The position numbers and the translations under genes are program-made. From Chloroflexota bacterium (lineage in GTDB: Bacteria; Chloroflexota; Anaerolineae; UBA2200), in contig JAUWJD010000011.1 in the NCBI GenBank assembly GCA_030607875.1, positions 16,165 through 80,164 of the forward strand: a stretch of 64,000 bases of DNA. Direction: 5' to 3'. Below the pieces are notes generated by a model. The model had not been told where the DNA came from and ran no database searches. It was given only the letters and a program-made list of their open reading frames with translations. Positions 26,539-36,754 of this stretch are shown here, in pieces. Every line of letters begins with the position of its first letter. The first letter of the stretch is position 1.

Positions 26539-28047
26539 TCAAAACTGAACCTCCGAACGCCTGTATGGCTCGTCATCGCCAACGGTACCGCTACCGTCGA
26601 ACAGTTGCTTCATGTTCCTTCCATTGACGGTGATCGTCGCGCTGTCGAATCCGGGGTACTGGAAGACGGTGAGCAGGATTTGTGCTTCCATCTGCGCATC
26701 CGCACACACCCCGAGGAGCTGCAGGGTGCCGGTCAGGTTGATCAGCGCCGTGTCCCCGCTAACCGTTACGCCCTGCACCATCAGGTCGGCATCGTGAAGC
26801 GAATGGGTGAATCCCGACTGCCCGTACGCCGCCGTCTCAATGGAGAGCAGTTCCTCCAGAGAGGCCTGGATATCGTCCGGCAGCGAACCCGTTTCGGTGC
26901 GGTCGCGCCAGACAGCTACGGCAGAGTCGCCACAACCGACTGCTGGGCCGGACTGCCCGCCGTCCCCCTGAATAATCAAGTAGAACTTGACGAACTCAGT
27001 GGGCGGCGTGACATCCGTCGCAACCGGATTCGGGAGGTGAAGCGTTTGTCCGGCGAAAACCTGAGTCACGTCATCCAGGCAGTTTGCTGCCACAAGTTCA
27101 TCGACGCTGCTGTTGGAGCGCTGAGCAATGCTGAACAGGGTGTCGCCGTGGACGACGGTGTACTCAAACCAGTCCGTGCGGACTGCGCAGACCGTACTGG
27201 TCGCTGCTGGGGTTGGGCCAACTTTTGGCCTGGAAGCGACGATGGTGGCAGTGTAATCCACCTGTGTTCCTTGAGCATCTTTATCGGTTGCCTGCGGATA
27301 TGGTTCCAGGGCGAGGAGCTCAAACAGATAGCTATCAAACACACCTTCCACGCTGTTGTTTGTGAGGTCTACCCGTCCCGCTTCCAGCACCAGATCCTGG
27401 ATGCCAAACCCGAGGACGTCACCGCTGCTGGAAACTCTGATGAGGATCCTTGCTCGCCCTGCCTGGATGCAGACAATGCCGACAGCGCATCGCGAGTCCT
27501 CGACGACCTCTATGAATTCGACTATCGGGCCCTGGGGCTGCACCAACGCTGTTTGACCGACCTTGAGCTGGAACGGACTGCTCAACGCTGCAGAAATCAC
27601 ATCGGGAGCTGGCGTCGGACCCTGTGCAACGAAGGCGGTGGTGACGTCATTGACCAGGACGGTATAAGTCCTGCCGGGCTCAAAGTCGCTGCCCAGCGGG
27701 ATAGTGTGCTCGACTGTCCGATATATTTCCGTACAGGGCACACCCGTAGCCTCCAGGTTGAAAATCGCCACGTGGATCGTGTCGCCATCGCGGGTCACCT
27801 GGTAGCGATCGAATTCCGCGCAGCCATTGGGCAGCCCTGATTCGACCCACAGAAAGTACTGCGGAGGGAAAGACTCTGCCACCAGAATCTCGGTATGATC
27901 AATAGGAGCCAGCACCTCAACTCTGTGCGGCTCTTCAGTGTGGACGGGGGTCTCACCCACCTGGGGCGTGACGGTCGGTGTGACGGCCTGCCCACCAGTG
28001 CAGGCTGCCAGTGCCAGGATCAGAACCGTCATGCTTGCAGCTCTCAT
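26539..28047 (-). CDS. Multidomain lipoprotein with LysM and C-terminal GerMN-like domains
   Basis: LALAAC lipobox; YTVVHGDTLFSIAQR...ANCL LysM; GDTALINLTG...QILLTVFQYPG. Confidence 0.8.
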   Translation of the reverse strand: MRAASMTVLILALAACTGGQAVTPTVTPQVGETPVHTEEPHRVEVLAPIDHTEILVAESFPPQYFLWVESGLPNGCAEFDRYQVTRDGDTIHVAIFNLEATGVPCTEIYRTVEHTIPLGSDFEPGRTYTVLVNDVTTAFVAQGPTPAPDVISAALSSPFQLKVGQTALVQPQGPIVEFIEVVEDSRCAVGIVCIQAGRARILIRVSSSGDVLGFGIQDLVLEAGRVDLTNNSVEGVFDSYLFELLALEPYPQATDKDAQGTQVDYTATIVASRPKVGPTPAATSTVCAVRTDWFEYTVVHGDTLFSIAQRSNSSVDELVAANCLDDVTQVFAGQTLHLPNPVATDVTPPTEFVKFYLIIQGDGGQSGPAVGCGDSAVAVWRDRTETGSLPDDIQASLEELLSIETAAYGQSGFTHSLHDADLMVQGVTVSGDTALINLTGTLQLLGVCADAQMEAQILLTVFQYPGFDSATITVNGRNMKQLFDGSGTVGDDEPYRRSEVQF

Positions 28048-28255
28048 CGCGAATCGACGTCTCTTGTTTCTCACTTTCTTCCTCCTGCAGTGCTTGTCAG
28101 ATGCCATCCCGGAAGTTGGCTAGACCTCTCAACGATCAAAGCGGCAGATCGCCATGGCGACGAAGGCGACCGAAATGCCCCCCGCTGCTATGAGTGGCGT
28201 CCTCGAACACGGAGAATCGCCGTTTCTTCACCACACTGCCAGCGCCAGAAGCTCG

Positions 28256-29470
28256 TCACTCACCGGTCTGCGACTGTGCACTGGCACCTTTCTTGCGCGG
28301 CTTGACGCCGAACAGGGCCTGGAGTGCGGGAATGCGCCGCACGAACAGCTCGTACAGGCCCAGCGTGATCACGAATGAGCCGAAAACGACGGTTAGCAGT
28401 TTCACCAGGATTCCTGTCTCCCACTGCACGACGTAGAAGGCGATGGCGATGATCACCGGCTGGTGTAACAAGAAGAACGGCAGACCCGCCTGGCGGGCGT
28501 ACTGGAGCCACTCGTTGCTGAAATCCAGAAAACGCATGCCGACGTACAGCATGAGGATGGACCAGCACCAGCTGGTCGCTGTGTTCATGCTCCAGAAGAG
28601 ATAGAACCCGGGTATGCCAGGTGTCTCACTCCACTCAAAGAGTAGGCCAGCAAAGCCGATGGCAAGCACAGCCAGCATGGTGGTGATCGCTACGATGAAA
28701 AGGAGCAGCCTGTCCCGCCGAATGGCCTGCCTGAACCGTGGATCAGCGTACAGGATGTACCCGGAGACGAAGAAAACCAGCTTGTAGACAAAGCCGGCCC
28801 AGTCGTACTCCCCTGGGTGCAGCGGCTGGAGAACGATCTGCACCAACAGTGGGGGAATGATGGCCAGCAGGATGCCACCCCGCCTTTGGCACAGCCCTGC
28901 CAGCCAGTCGGTGAAACGCCGTCCGGCGTCTTGCTTCAGCCAGAGGAAGATGGGCAGCGCGATCAAGGAGTAGGCGAACAGGAAGCCCAGGAACCAGAGA
29001 TGGTACCCCGCCCAAGTGAACAGCCTGGGGCCGAAGCCGGGGTTGCTACTGGCAAAAAACTCCTGGAGAGAACCTACAAACACCCCTGTCTGGGTCTTGT
29101 GGCTCCACTCGAGATAGAGCTGGATTGGTGAAAGCAGGATGGACCCAATGATAAAAGGGAAAAGCAGCCGTTTGATGCGCTCGACGGCATACTGGCGTCC
29201 TGTGCGTTTCCGCAGCGCAAACCAGGAGGAGGAGCCGGCCATCAAGAAGAAAAAGGGCATCCCCCAGGGAACGAAAAAGACCGCAAAGAGGGTCACGACG
29301 ATGCTCTGCTCCGCATTCTCGATATGCCAGTCGATTAGATCAAAGGGATGTACGGCGTGGAACAGAAAGACCCCCACGATTGCCAGAACGTACAACCAGT
29401 CGAGATAGTGCAGCCGGACCGACTTGCCGCTGGACGGCTGTGCTTGTGTAGTTACGTTTGTGCTTGGCAT
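28256..29470 (-). CDS. Acyltransferase-3 (OpgC/MdoC-like), paralog 1
   Basis: RLHYLDWL..., WGMPFFFLMAG, HLWFL, FFLLHQPV. Confidence 0.88.
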   Translation of the reverse strand: MPSTNVTTQAQPSSGKSVRLHYLDWLYVLAIVGVFLFHAVHPFDLIDWHIENAEQSIVVTLFAVFFVPWGMPFFFLMAGSSSWFALRKRTGRQYAVERIKRLLFPFIIGSILLSPIQLYLEWSHKTQTGVFVGSLQEFFASSNPGFGPRLFTWAGYHLWFLGFLFAYSLIALPIFLWLKQDAGRRFTDWLAGLCQRRGGILLAIIPPLLVQIVLQPLHPGEYDWAGFVYKLVFFVSGYILYADPRFRQAIRRDRLLLFIVAITTMLAVLAIGFAGLLFEWSETPGIPGFYLFWSMNTATSWCWSILMLYVGMRFLDFSNEWLQYARQAGLPFFLLHQPVIIAIAFYVVQWETGILVKLLTVVFGSFVITLGLYELFVRRIPALQALFGVKPRKKGASAQSQTGE

Positions 29471-29658
29471 CGTATTCCTCCGTCGTATTGTATTGCCCCA
29501 GAAAACTGCAAGACAACTGCTACTGTAGTTCACATATGGAATAGGTGCAACTGACCGTCAAGGCAAGGGGCCTGAGCCGCCTGCCCGCACCAGTTCTACC
29601 CTGCCTCCTCGTCCACACAACTGATCCAGCACGCCTCCCTCCGTATCAACTCCCAAGT

Positions 29659-30705
29659 TCAGGTGATGAGTTGCAGGATGATCTTGGCGGCCCGGGCCCC
29701 GATAGGCAGCACGGTTGACACCAGCAGGTTGCGGAGTGTGTCGGTCGTATAGGGCCATGTCGGCGCCTTTTTGATGCGCTGCTCGTAGGCCAGCCAGGCG
29801 GTAATGGAATCCGACAGCGCTTCCATGTCCTGCAGCCTGGCTTCTGCTGCGCGCTGCAACAATTCTTCAAATGCGTCCGCCAGATGGCGGCGCACCAGTT
29901 TGAGCTTTTGCTCTTTGGCCTCGGCCATGACACGATGGGTGCTCATCATGGATAAGAAGAACACGAGCACCGCGGCCAGCATGGACGCGCCGTAAAAGAC
30001 CCACCCGTCGACGCTGGTCAAGTCCTGAGGGTCTGGATTGAAGAGCACGCTCAGCGTGATGCCACCGATAAAGGCCAGCGAGATGCCCAGGCCCGCACGG
30101 GCGATGGGTTCGAGGGGCGTCGGGTCAAAAACGTCGATGTTCAGGGGTTGGTGGTGCAACTCGGCGAGCAGCTGGGTGCCGCCCAACGAGACGTAGATGA
30201 TCCATCCTATCAGGCCGTACATCAGCATTACAGTAAGCAGCGCGTACCCCTTCATCCAGAGAAGGGGGTCTGGCAGGTTCCAGGGCCGATGGATCCACAA
30301 TCCAGCCGCCGCGCCGATGCCCAGGGCCAGCCATTCCCCCCGGCGGGTGCTGCGGGATGCCTCGGCCACCAGCCGGTCAAAACCACCGTCGCCCACAGCC
30401 ACCAGTGCTCGGAATGCCTCGACAGCGCCGTCGTGCGATGGCTTCACGACAGAGTAAGTGAACAGGATATAGACGATGACTGCTGGCCTGTCCAGCTCAT
30501 CCCGCACGACATGCCACCAGTCCGGCCAGGAGTAACCCTGGAAGGGACTGGCCCGCAGGCCATCCAGGTACACAGACCCACCGAGGAGCAGGATCAACAC
30601 CAGGCCGACCGCAATGGCCACCTGGGGCCCCGACAGCCGGGTCCTCTCCGCCAACTCTTCAATGAGGGTGGGCGGCGTGGTGGTCGTGGTGGACTGTGTT
30701 GTCAT
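29659..30705 (-). CDS. Hypothetical polytopic membrane protein
   Basis: Several TM helices, AKEQKL coiled coil, APTWPY motif; good RBS. Confidence 0.75.
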   Translation of the reverse strand: MTTQSTTTTTPPTLIEELAERTRLSGPQVAIAVGLVLILLLGGSVYLDGLRASPFQGYSWPDWWHVVRDELDRPAVIVYILFTYSVVKPSHDGAVEAFRALVAVGDGGFDRLVAEASRSTRRGEWLALGIGAAAGLWIHRPWNLPDPLLWMKGYALLTVMLMYGLIGWIIYVSLGGTQLLAELHHQPLNIDVFDPTPLEPIARAGLGISLAFIGGITLSVLFNPDPQDLTSVDGWVFYGASMLAAVLVFFLSMMSTHRVMAEAKEQKLKLVRRHLADAFEELLQRAAEARLQDMEALSDSITAWLAYEQRIKKAPTWPYTTDTLRNLLVSTVLPIGARAAKIILQLIT

Positions 30706-30863
30706 TCATTCCTCCTTGGTCGGAAGCGGAGACGGCGGCTAGAAAAGCCTCCCTGCGGACTGGCCGACACCTGAGTGGACGTACCACGGAGACGGCAGTC
30801 AGAAAAGACACCGCACAGACGTGGGCTCAAGGGTCAGCTCCGCGACATCGATCAGTCGCACTC

Positions 30864-32036
30864 TCACAGGATTCTGTTCGCCAGCGGTAGCTTTCTGATC
30901 AGATAGCCAATCGAGAAGCAGAAAAACACCGCCACAGGAGCGAGCAGAGCGAACTTGAGCAGCGGTGGCCGCCTGACACGGCTGAAGCGAACTGCCAGCA
31001 GAACCAGAACCGGGCCATGGAGTATAAACGCCGCATACGAACTGGCGGCCATCGCCTTTGCCAGCTTGCCCTGGTGATCGAATCTGCTGCGGAACAGGAC
31101 AAGCAGACCAACCATCATGGCCACACCAAGGAGCTGCTCCCAGAAGGCGAGGAACACGGCCTGCCAGCCAAGCCCCCCTCGAAATGGGTCAATGGCCTTG
31201 CCCACCACAGCGAATACGACGGCAGACAAGCCGATGAGGAAAATGGCGAGAATCTGCCACTGTCTGCCCTGGGCATCCGAGATGCCCAGGAACCAATTGC
31301 GGCGAAAGGCAACGATGCCGATCACGAACGCTCCAATATACTGGGGGAAGTAGGGGAACTGCAAGCCCAGCGGTTCAAAGACCCAACCGACAGGCAGCCG
31401 AACGCGCACGAGGAAGGTCACCAGCCCCAGGCCAAGGGCAAACAGGGCGATTGCCAGGTTGCTCGGCGCTTTGTGATCGCGCTGGACGAGGTTGGCCGCA
31501 GGTCTTGCCACGAGCCGCCACAGCGCGTAGGCAATGGAGAATATCAGCAAAGCCTCTACAAACCACAGCGGCCCAACGGCGATCCCGCGTTGGTCCTTGA
31601 GGTAGCGGCCAGCGTACGCCCAGAAGAACCCACCCCAGCCCCAGATCTTCCAGAAGGACCGGTTAATGCCCCAGACGCCTACGTGAATGGCATAGTCGAT
31701 GAGCGGACTGATGAGGATGCTGTAGACCAACAAGGGGATGCCCAGGCGCAGCAGTCGATTCAGGAGAAAGCTCCCGGCCCCTTTGCGATCGTAGGAGCCA
31801 GGGGTGAAGTAGCCGGCAATCAAGTAGAAGAACCCCATGAAAAACGACTGGTTGACCACCATGAACAGCGTCACCACGATGAATGAGACCCCATCCAGCC
31901 GGCCTTCCTTGTAGTACCAGCTCCCCTGGCCTCCATAGCTGCTCACCAGGTGGTGAAGAATCACCAGGATGGTCAGCAGGATCCTCAGGTTGTCGACAAA
32001 GGCCAGGCGGCCCTTGGTGGTCTTCTCAGTCGCCAT
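30864..32036 (-). CDS. Acyltransferase-3, paralog 2
   Basis: RLAFVDNLRILLTILVILHH, FFMGFFYLIAGYF, PLWFV, AFILHGPV. Confidence 0.9.
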   Translation of the reverse strand: MATEKTTKGRLAFVDNLRILLTILVILHHLVSSYGGQGSWYYKEGRLDGVSFIVVTLFMVVNQSFFMGFFYLIAGYFTPGSYDRKGAGSFLLNRLLRLGIPLLVYSILISPLIDYAIHVGVWGINRSFWKIWGWGGFFWAYAGRYLKDQRGIAVGPLWFVEALLIFSIAYALWRLVARPAANLVQRDHKAPSNLAIALFALGLGLVTFLVRVRLPVGWVFEPLGLQFPYFPQYIGAFVIGIVAFRRNWFLGISDAQGRQWQILAIFLIGLSAVVFAVVGKAIDPFRGGLGWQAVFLAFWEQLLGVAMMVGLLVLFRSRFDHQGKLAKAMAASSYAAFILHGPVLVLLAVRFSRVRRPPLLKFALLAPVAVFFCFSIGYLIRKLPLANRIL

Positions 32037-32130
32037 TCTTCACTCTCCAGTCCCTGATAGAATCGTTCATGTTGGGGTCTGATCTGCCGCATCACATGGG
32101 TGATGGCCCCCGCGCCGAACTGTTATGCTG

Positions 32131-32796
32131 CTACCTACGGCGTACCCCTGAACCGCGGGACTCGTCGATGTTGCCCAAGGTGGGGCTGCCGAGGTAGTAG
32201 ACGTGTGATCCACCGCTGGCGTCTGCATCCAGCCTTCCCGTGACGTTGACGGTCACGTGGCTGCCGCCACCGGCCTCGATATCGGCGTTCGCCGCCACGA
32301 AGGCGGACAGGTCGACGTGGCTGCCCCCAGAAGCGTCGATGGTCACGTCGCCCACAGAGCCACTGAAGGTAGCGTGGCTGCCGCCGGACAGATCGAGGTG
32401 GAGGGCCTTGGTGGACTCGAATCCGCTAGCGGTGCAATGGCTGCCCCCGCTCATGTCCAATCCGGTGAGTCCGGGCATGGTAACGTCGGCCTGCAGGGTG
32501 ACATTCCTCAGAGTGAGTGGGCGGATCGGCTTCAGGCCGATGTGCAGCGTGCTGCCCTTCTTGGCCACCTCGAGGTACTTTTCCAGGTTCTCGTCGATGC
32601 GGATGACCACGCTGAAGCTGTCGGCCTGGCGGGCGTCAACTGTGAAGCCGTCGCTGACGTCCAGCCTGTCGAACCCCGTGAATGTCTCCTGCCGGGTTAC
32701 GATGTTGCCCGAGCCGGTGACAGAGCTCGCGCCACAACCCGACACCAGGCTGATCACACAGAGCACCATTCCCAAAGTCAGTGGTTTGTGTTTCAT
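32131..32796 (-). CDS. Head GIN domain (DUF2807) lipoprotein
   Basis: LVSGC lipobox; SGGSH repeats; GSGNIVTR. Confidence 0.85.
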   Translation of the reverse strand: MKHKPLTLGMVLCVISLVSGCGASSVTGSGNIVTRQETFTGFDRLDVSDGFTVDARQADSFSVVIRIDENLEKYLEVAKKGSTLHIGLKPIRPLTLRNVTLQADVTMPGLTGLDMSGGSHCTASGFESTKALHLDLSGGSHATFSGSVGDVTIDASGGSHVDLSAFVAANADIEAGGGSHVTVNVTGRLDADASGGSHVYYLGSPTLGNIDESRGSGVRRR

Positions 32797-32891
32797 TCTT
32801 TGCTCCTTCTTGTGTTGCTTCTAATCGGACTGGCCTTGCCGCATTCAGGACATGTCTTCGCTCTACGTGCCTCCTTTCCGATCCTGGTGGA

Positions 32892-33590
32892 TCAAGCACT
32901 GCCAGCCTGAGCCATCCCTCTTGCACCGTGCGCCTGGATGAATATGCTGATGATGGTGGCGTAGACAATGACCTTCTGCCCGGTGGCCTGAATCATCAGC
33001 CCTTCGAGTGAGTCGGATTCCTGGCGTGCTGTGAGCAGCACCACGTACAGGACAAGCAGCGTTGCGAACGCAACAAAGACAAAGCCGTACTGATTGGGGT
33101 AGCCTCGCTCACGAAGAATGGCCACTGCGTAGCAGAGCACTGCGACTGGCAGCGCCACAAAGGCGCACATCATAAAGGCCATGTGCGCCTGAAGGTATAG
33201 GTTGGCTGGGGTGAAGGCAACGCCGACTAAGCAAATCCCGGAGATGACCCCAAAGATGGAACCAATCCCACTGAGGATCTTTCCCGATCGGGAGTCTGAG
33301 AAGAACTGGGCGAAAGCAAGAAAGAACAACACCAGGCCAGCGCCGCCCATTGTCAATGCTGTGAACCACAGTATGGCTGAGACAGTGTTGGGCTGTCCCG
33401 TGCGCGTTCTCGTCAGCCCCAGTTCGCTGAGGAAATTGGTGAAGAACGAGTAACCAGATGCCGTAGGATCGGCGAATGTGCCTCCGGGATAGAACCACAT
33501 GGCCACGAAAGTAAGGGCCACAAACAGAAGGCAACCGATCATGATCAATGAAAAGACCTGCTGTCGCCAGGAACGGGGTGGATGGGACAC
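32892..33590 (-). CDS. DUF998-like membrane protein
   Basis: YPGG...YSFFTNFLSELG; about 6 TM helices; QKVIVY. Confidence 0.7.
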   Translation of the reverse strand: MSHPPRSWRQQVFSLIMIGCLLFVALTFVAMWFYPGGTFADPTASGYSFFTNFLSELGLTRTRTGQPNTVSAILWFTALTMGGAGLVLFFLAFAQFFSDSRSGKILSGIGSIFGVISGICLVGVAFTPANLYLQAHMAFMMCAFVALPVAVLCYAVAILRERGYPNQYGFVFVAFATLLVLYVVLLTARQESDSLEGLMIQATGQKVIVYATIISIFIQAHGARGMAQAGSA

Positions 33591-33611
33591 AACGATTTCC
33601 TCCTCGATAGC

Positions 33612-34883
33612 TCAGTCTTGCCTCGCTCTCATGCCAAAGAGAAAGCGCGTCCACCTGGTGCGCCTGACGCCCACATCGTAGAGGACAAGCGTGCCCACCA
33701 GGGACGCCAGAGTGATGACCAGGTACTTGACCAGGGCACTAGCCTGCCACTGCACCACGTAGAAGCCGATGACCACGATGGGGGTCAGGTGCAAGACATA
33801 GATCGGCAGTTGAGCTTTGCTGAGGTAGAGGGCCACGCGCTCCCTGAATGCCGGCTGGTAGCCGAGCGCCTGGGAAGAGCCATCACTCGCGGGCACTGCT
33901 GCGGGGCGGGGCTGATTCTGGCGTGCGCCTCGTTGGCTGGAGCGGCCCGCCCAGCCCAGAATGGCCACGATCCACAACCAGCCAGTCAACCCCTTGAGAA
34001 AGCGCAAGAGCAGGCTCCACGGGCCGTAGTCAATTCGAGGATCAACGCGGCCCACCTCGATGAGCATCATGAAGCCGGCCATCCAGAAGGCGAAGGCAAG
34101 CACCGCCAGCGCAAGAGCGCTCTTCCTGTGCCGCTGCAGCGCCTGGCCAAATCTCGCATCGGCTGCGAACAGGAAACCGTAGACAATGAACGGAACATAA
34201 GCATAACGGTTCCAGAAACCAGCGTACTCGGTCATCAGCGCCGCCTCGACTAGCCCAACAGGGATGGCAAGCACAAGGATGGCCCAGCGGCGAGCGCAAA
34301 GAGAAGCCAGACGGTCCACGAGCTTCCGCCCTGAGGGCCCGCGCACGTACAGGAAGAACGGCAGCAGAAGCATCGTGAATAGAAACAGGTATTCCAGAAA
34401 CCACAGGTGTCCAGGCGTAAACAGGTTGTGCGGCGAAGCGCCGGTGATGAACATCGGAAAGTCCAGGGTGAACCGGACGTCCAGGAAGCGACGCAAGAAC
34501 TGCGCATAGCTCTCCTGGTACGTTGGGTCGGCCTTCAACTGGTAGTACACCTGGATGGGGATGAGGACCAGCACACCCGTAACGAGAGGTACGACGAGGC
34601 GTCTGACCCGCTCGCGCACGAACTCACCGGCGGTGCGCTTGCGCAGCGAATACCAGATGGAGGCTCCGGCAAAAAGAAACATCAGCGGCATAGCCCAAAG
34701 CCCAACGAAGGCCAGCAAAGGCATCACCAGGTCGCTGGGTGGCTGGTTCTTGACGTGAAAGTCGACGATGGAGAAGATCTGAGCAGCGTGGAACGGAGTC
34801 AGTCCCAAGACAACCAGAGCCCCCATCACGTCGAGCTCGCGGCGCTGCTTCGGCTGGCTGCTGGTCTGCATGTTCTGTGTCAC
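33612..34883 (-). CDS. Acyltransferase-3, paralog 3
   Basis: WAMPLMFLFAG, HLWFLEYLF, IYVLHLTPI; GTG start after GAGGAGG. Confidence 0.88.
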   Translation of the reverse strand: MTQNMQTSSQPKQRRELDVMGALVVLGLTPFHAAQIFSIVDFHVKNQPPSDLVMPLLAFVGLWAMPLMFLFAGASIWYSLRKRTAGEFVRERVRRLVVPLVTGVLVLIPIQVYYQLKADPTYQESYAQFLRRFLDVRFTLDFPMFITGASPHNLFTPGHLWFLEYLFLFTMLLLPFFLYVRGPSGRKLVDRLASLCARRWAILVLAIPVGLVEAALMTEYAGFWNRYAYVPFIVYGFLFAADARFGQALQRHRKSALALAVLAFAFWMAGFMMLIEVGRVDPRIDYGPWSLLLRFLKGLTGWLWIVAILGWAGRSSQRGARQNQPRPAAVPASDGSSQALGYQPAFRERVALYLSKAQLPIYVLHLTPIVVIGFYVVQWQASALVKYLVITLASLVGTLVLYDVGVRRTRWTRFLFGMRARQD

Positions 34884-35071
34884 AGTTGTCCTCCTCACAG
34901 CGGCATCGCTCACAGGACGGATGGCCGCACAGGACCCTGGTGCGCATGCCCTATCCATCCGCTTGGGCTAAGCACGATGCCAGGCAGTATTCGAGTTCAG
35001 TGGAAACGAATGCTTCACATCCGCATCCACTCTATGATTGCTGCAGCGAGACGGCTTTGGGCTGAGCTCGA

Positions 35072-35380
35072 CTAGTCTTCGCGCAGGAAGAACACCTTGA
35101 CCAGGCTGATGACGCCCGCCCCGATCAGAAACAGCCCGCCAACAGCGGTCCACGGGATGTCGATCCTCTGGGCCACTGCAATGGCGATGGGGATGCCACA
35201 GAAGAAGGCCAGGGTAGCGATCCCTCCCATGATCTTGCCGCGAAAAATCAGTTCTGCACCACCGGAGAGGCCGAGGGCGAGCATGATGCCAGGCCACCAC
35301 CATCCCGTGATGAGCAGAACGCCCAGGCTGACAATGAAGATGCCGCCAGAGATTGCAGATGCCATACGTTTCTTGTTCAC
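35072..35380 (-). CDS. Small membrane protein
   Basis: WWWPGIMLALG; about 4 TM helices; AGGAGG RBS. Confidence 0.7.
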   Translation of the reverse strand: MNKKRMASAISGGIFIVSLGVLLITGWWWPGIMLALGLSGGAELIFRGKIMGGIATLAFFCGIPIAIAVAQRIDIPWTAVGGLFLIGAGVISLVKVFFLRED

Positions 35381-35934
35381 AATTGACCTCCTATTGAGTC
35401 TAGAGTGTATCTCGCTTCTTGTTCAAGATCGATCGTGGGTCAACTCAGATTTGACCTAGTGGCGCCAGTCAGCATGAACACCTCCTTTCTCCTGCATGCG
35501 CTGTTCGGTGGGTGCCAGTGCCCCCAACACACGCCTCTCACCCACCAAGAGACAAACAGCCGCCTCCCTGGAATCGCTCCCAGGAGGAAAGCTCGCGCCA
35601 AACAACTACGGTTGTTGCTCCAGAAACCAAGTGTCCTGAGGCTCTTGAGACGAGATTGGCTTGACCGGCCACCTTTCTGGAGGTCAACAACCGCAGATTT
35701 GACCGGCAAGGCCTGGACGGTGACAAATGTCCCTGCATAGGTTTCTTCAACCAGTTGTGCTCCTCCGTTCGCCCAGCGCTCACCACGACGCCGGCGCGTG
35801 CGGTTCACGCAGTTCTCTATGGAACCGCCAGCCCATCTGTTTCCAGCGTAGACGCCAGGTAGCCGCAGGGCGTGCGCCTGGACCGATTGCGGATGGCCCC
35901 ACTCGAGCTGCCTGTGGGCCCACCCGCGCGTCTG

Positions 35935-36564
35935 TTAGCCGAAGATGCGGCTCAAGGCAAAGGCGCCAAAACCCAAAACGCTCAGGACAATGCCGCCAAC
36001 GACCAGGTGAATGAAGGCGCTGGCGACCCAGGACAGGATGACGGTGGCGATAGTCTGCACCGAGTCCAGGTCCAGCGCCTCCCTCATGGCTACAAACGAG
36101 GCGATGACTCCCAACACCGCGGCCGCAACCCCCCGCGGAGCCGCCAAACAGCTCAGGGTAGGGGATATCACCCGCAGTACGCCAAGGAGTCCCACGACCT
36201 GCCAGACGTAAGCCAGGCCCAGGGTGCGAACCAATTCGTTGAAGCTGACATCGGCATCAAAGACCGTGCGAGCCACCCAGTTGGCGATGAACGCACCTAC
36301 GGCGAAGCCGATAACGGCAAAGACCGTGCCCACTACAGACGCGCCCAGCCAGTCTCCAACCCCACCGCCCGCGAACGGGAGGGCACTGAGGGCCTCAGGG
36401 AGTTCCTCGACACCGGGGTGGGGTGCTTTGGACCCGAGCTGGTTGAGCAATGCGACCACCGTGACCAGGAGCCAGGCGGTAGTGGGGAATGAGGTGTCTT
36501 TCTCCACCTCGGCGTAGACCTCCTTGCGGAAAGTAAACGCACCAATGATCCGATCGGTAAGCAT
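35935..36564 (-). CDS. Yip1-family membrane protein
   Basis: YAEVEKD...TAWLLV...VSFNELVRTLGLAY. Confidence 0.8.
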   Translation of the reverse strand: MLTDRIIGAFTFRKEVYAEVEKDTSFPTTAWLLVTVVALLNQLGSKAPHPGVEELPEALSALPFAGGGVGDWLGASVVGTVFAVIGFAVGAFIANWVARTVFDADVSFNELVRTLGLAYVWQVVGLLGVLRVISPTLSCLAAPRGVAAAVLGVIASFVAMREALDLDSVQTIATVILSWVASAFIHLVVGGIVLSVLGFGAFALSRIFG

Positions 36565-36754
36565 GATTCGACCTCCTTGAGTAGAATACGTGTATACGAT
36601 ACGCGAACTGGATTGTGTCAGATCCTTCTGTTACGCTATCCTGCACTCCTTTCTCCGGCGTACGTGGCGGTTCACCTGGTCAGTGCGCTTGGCGTAGGCA
36701 ACTCAGGCCAGGCCAGCGATGCCAGTAGGTCACACACAACCGGGTTCGACGTCG

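Noticed and set aside
26482-27840. 452-aa plus-strand ORF
   Set aside because: Antisense shadow of the LysM lipoprotein; no domain signal or RBS. The same applies to 40805-42094 and 45781-46971
30728-30830. Imperfect direct repeat (GGAGACGGC..AGAAAAG) with 60-bp period
   Set aside because: Only two short copies, explainable as tandem terminator-like hairpins
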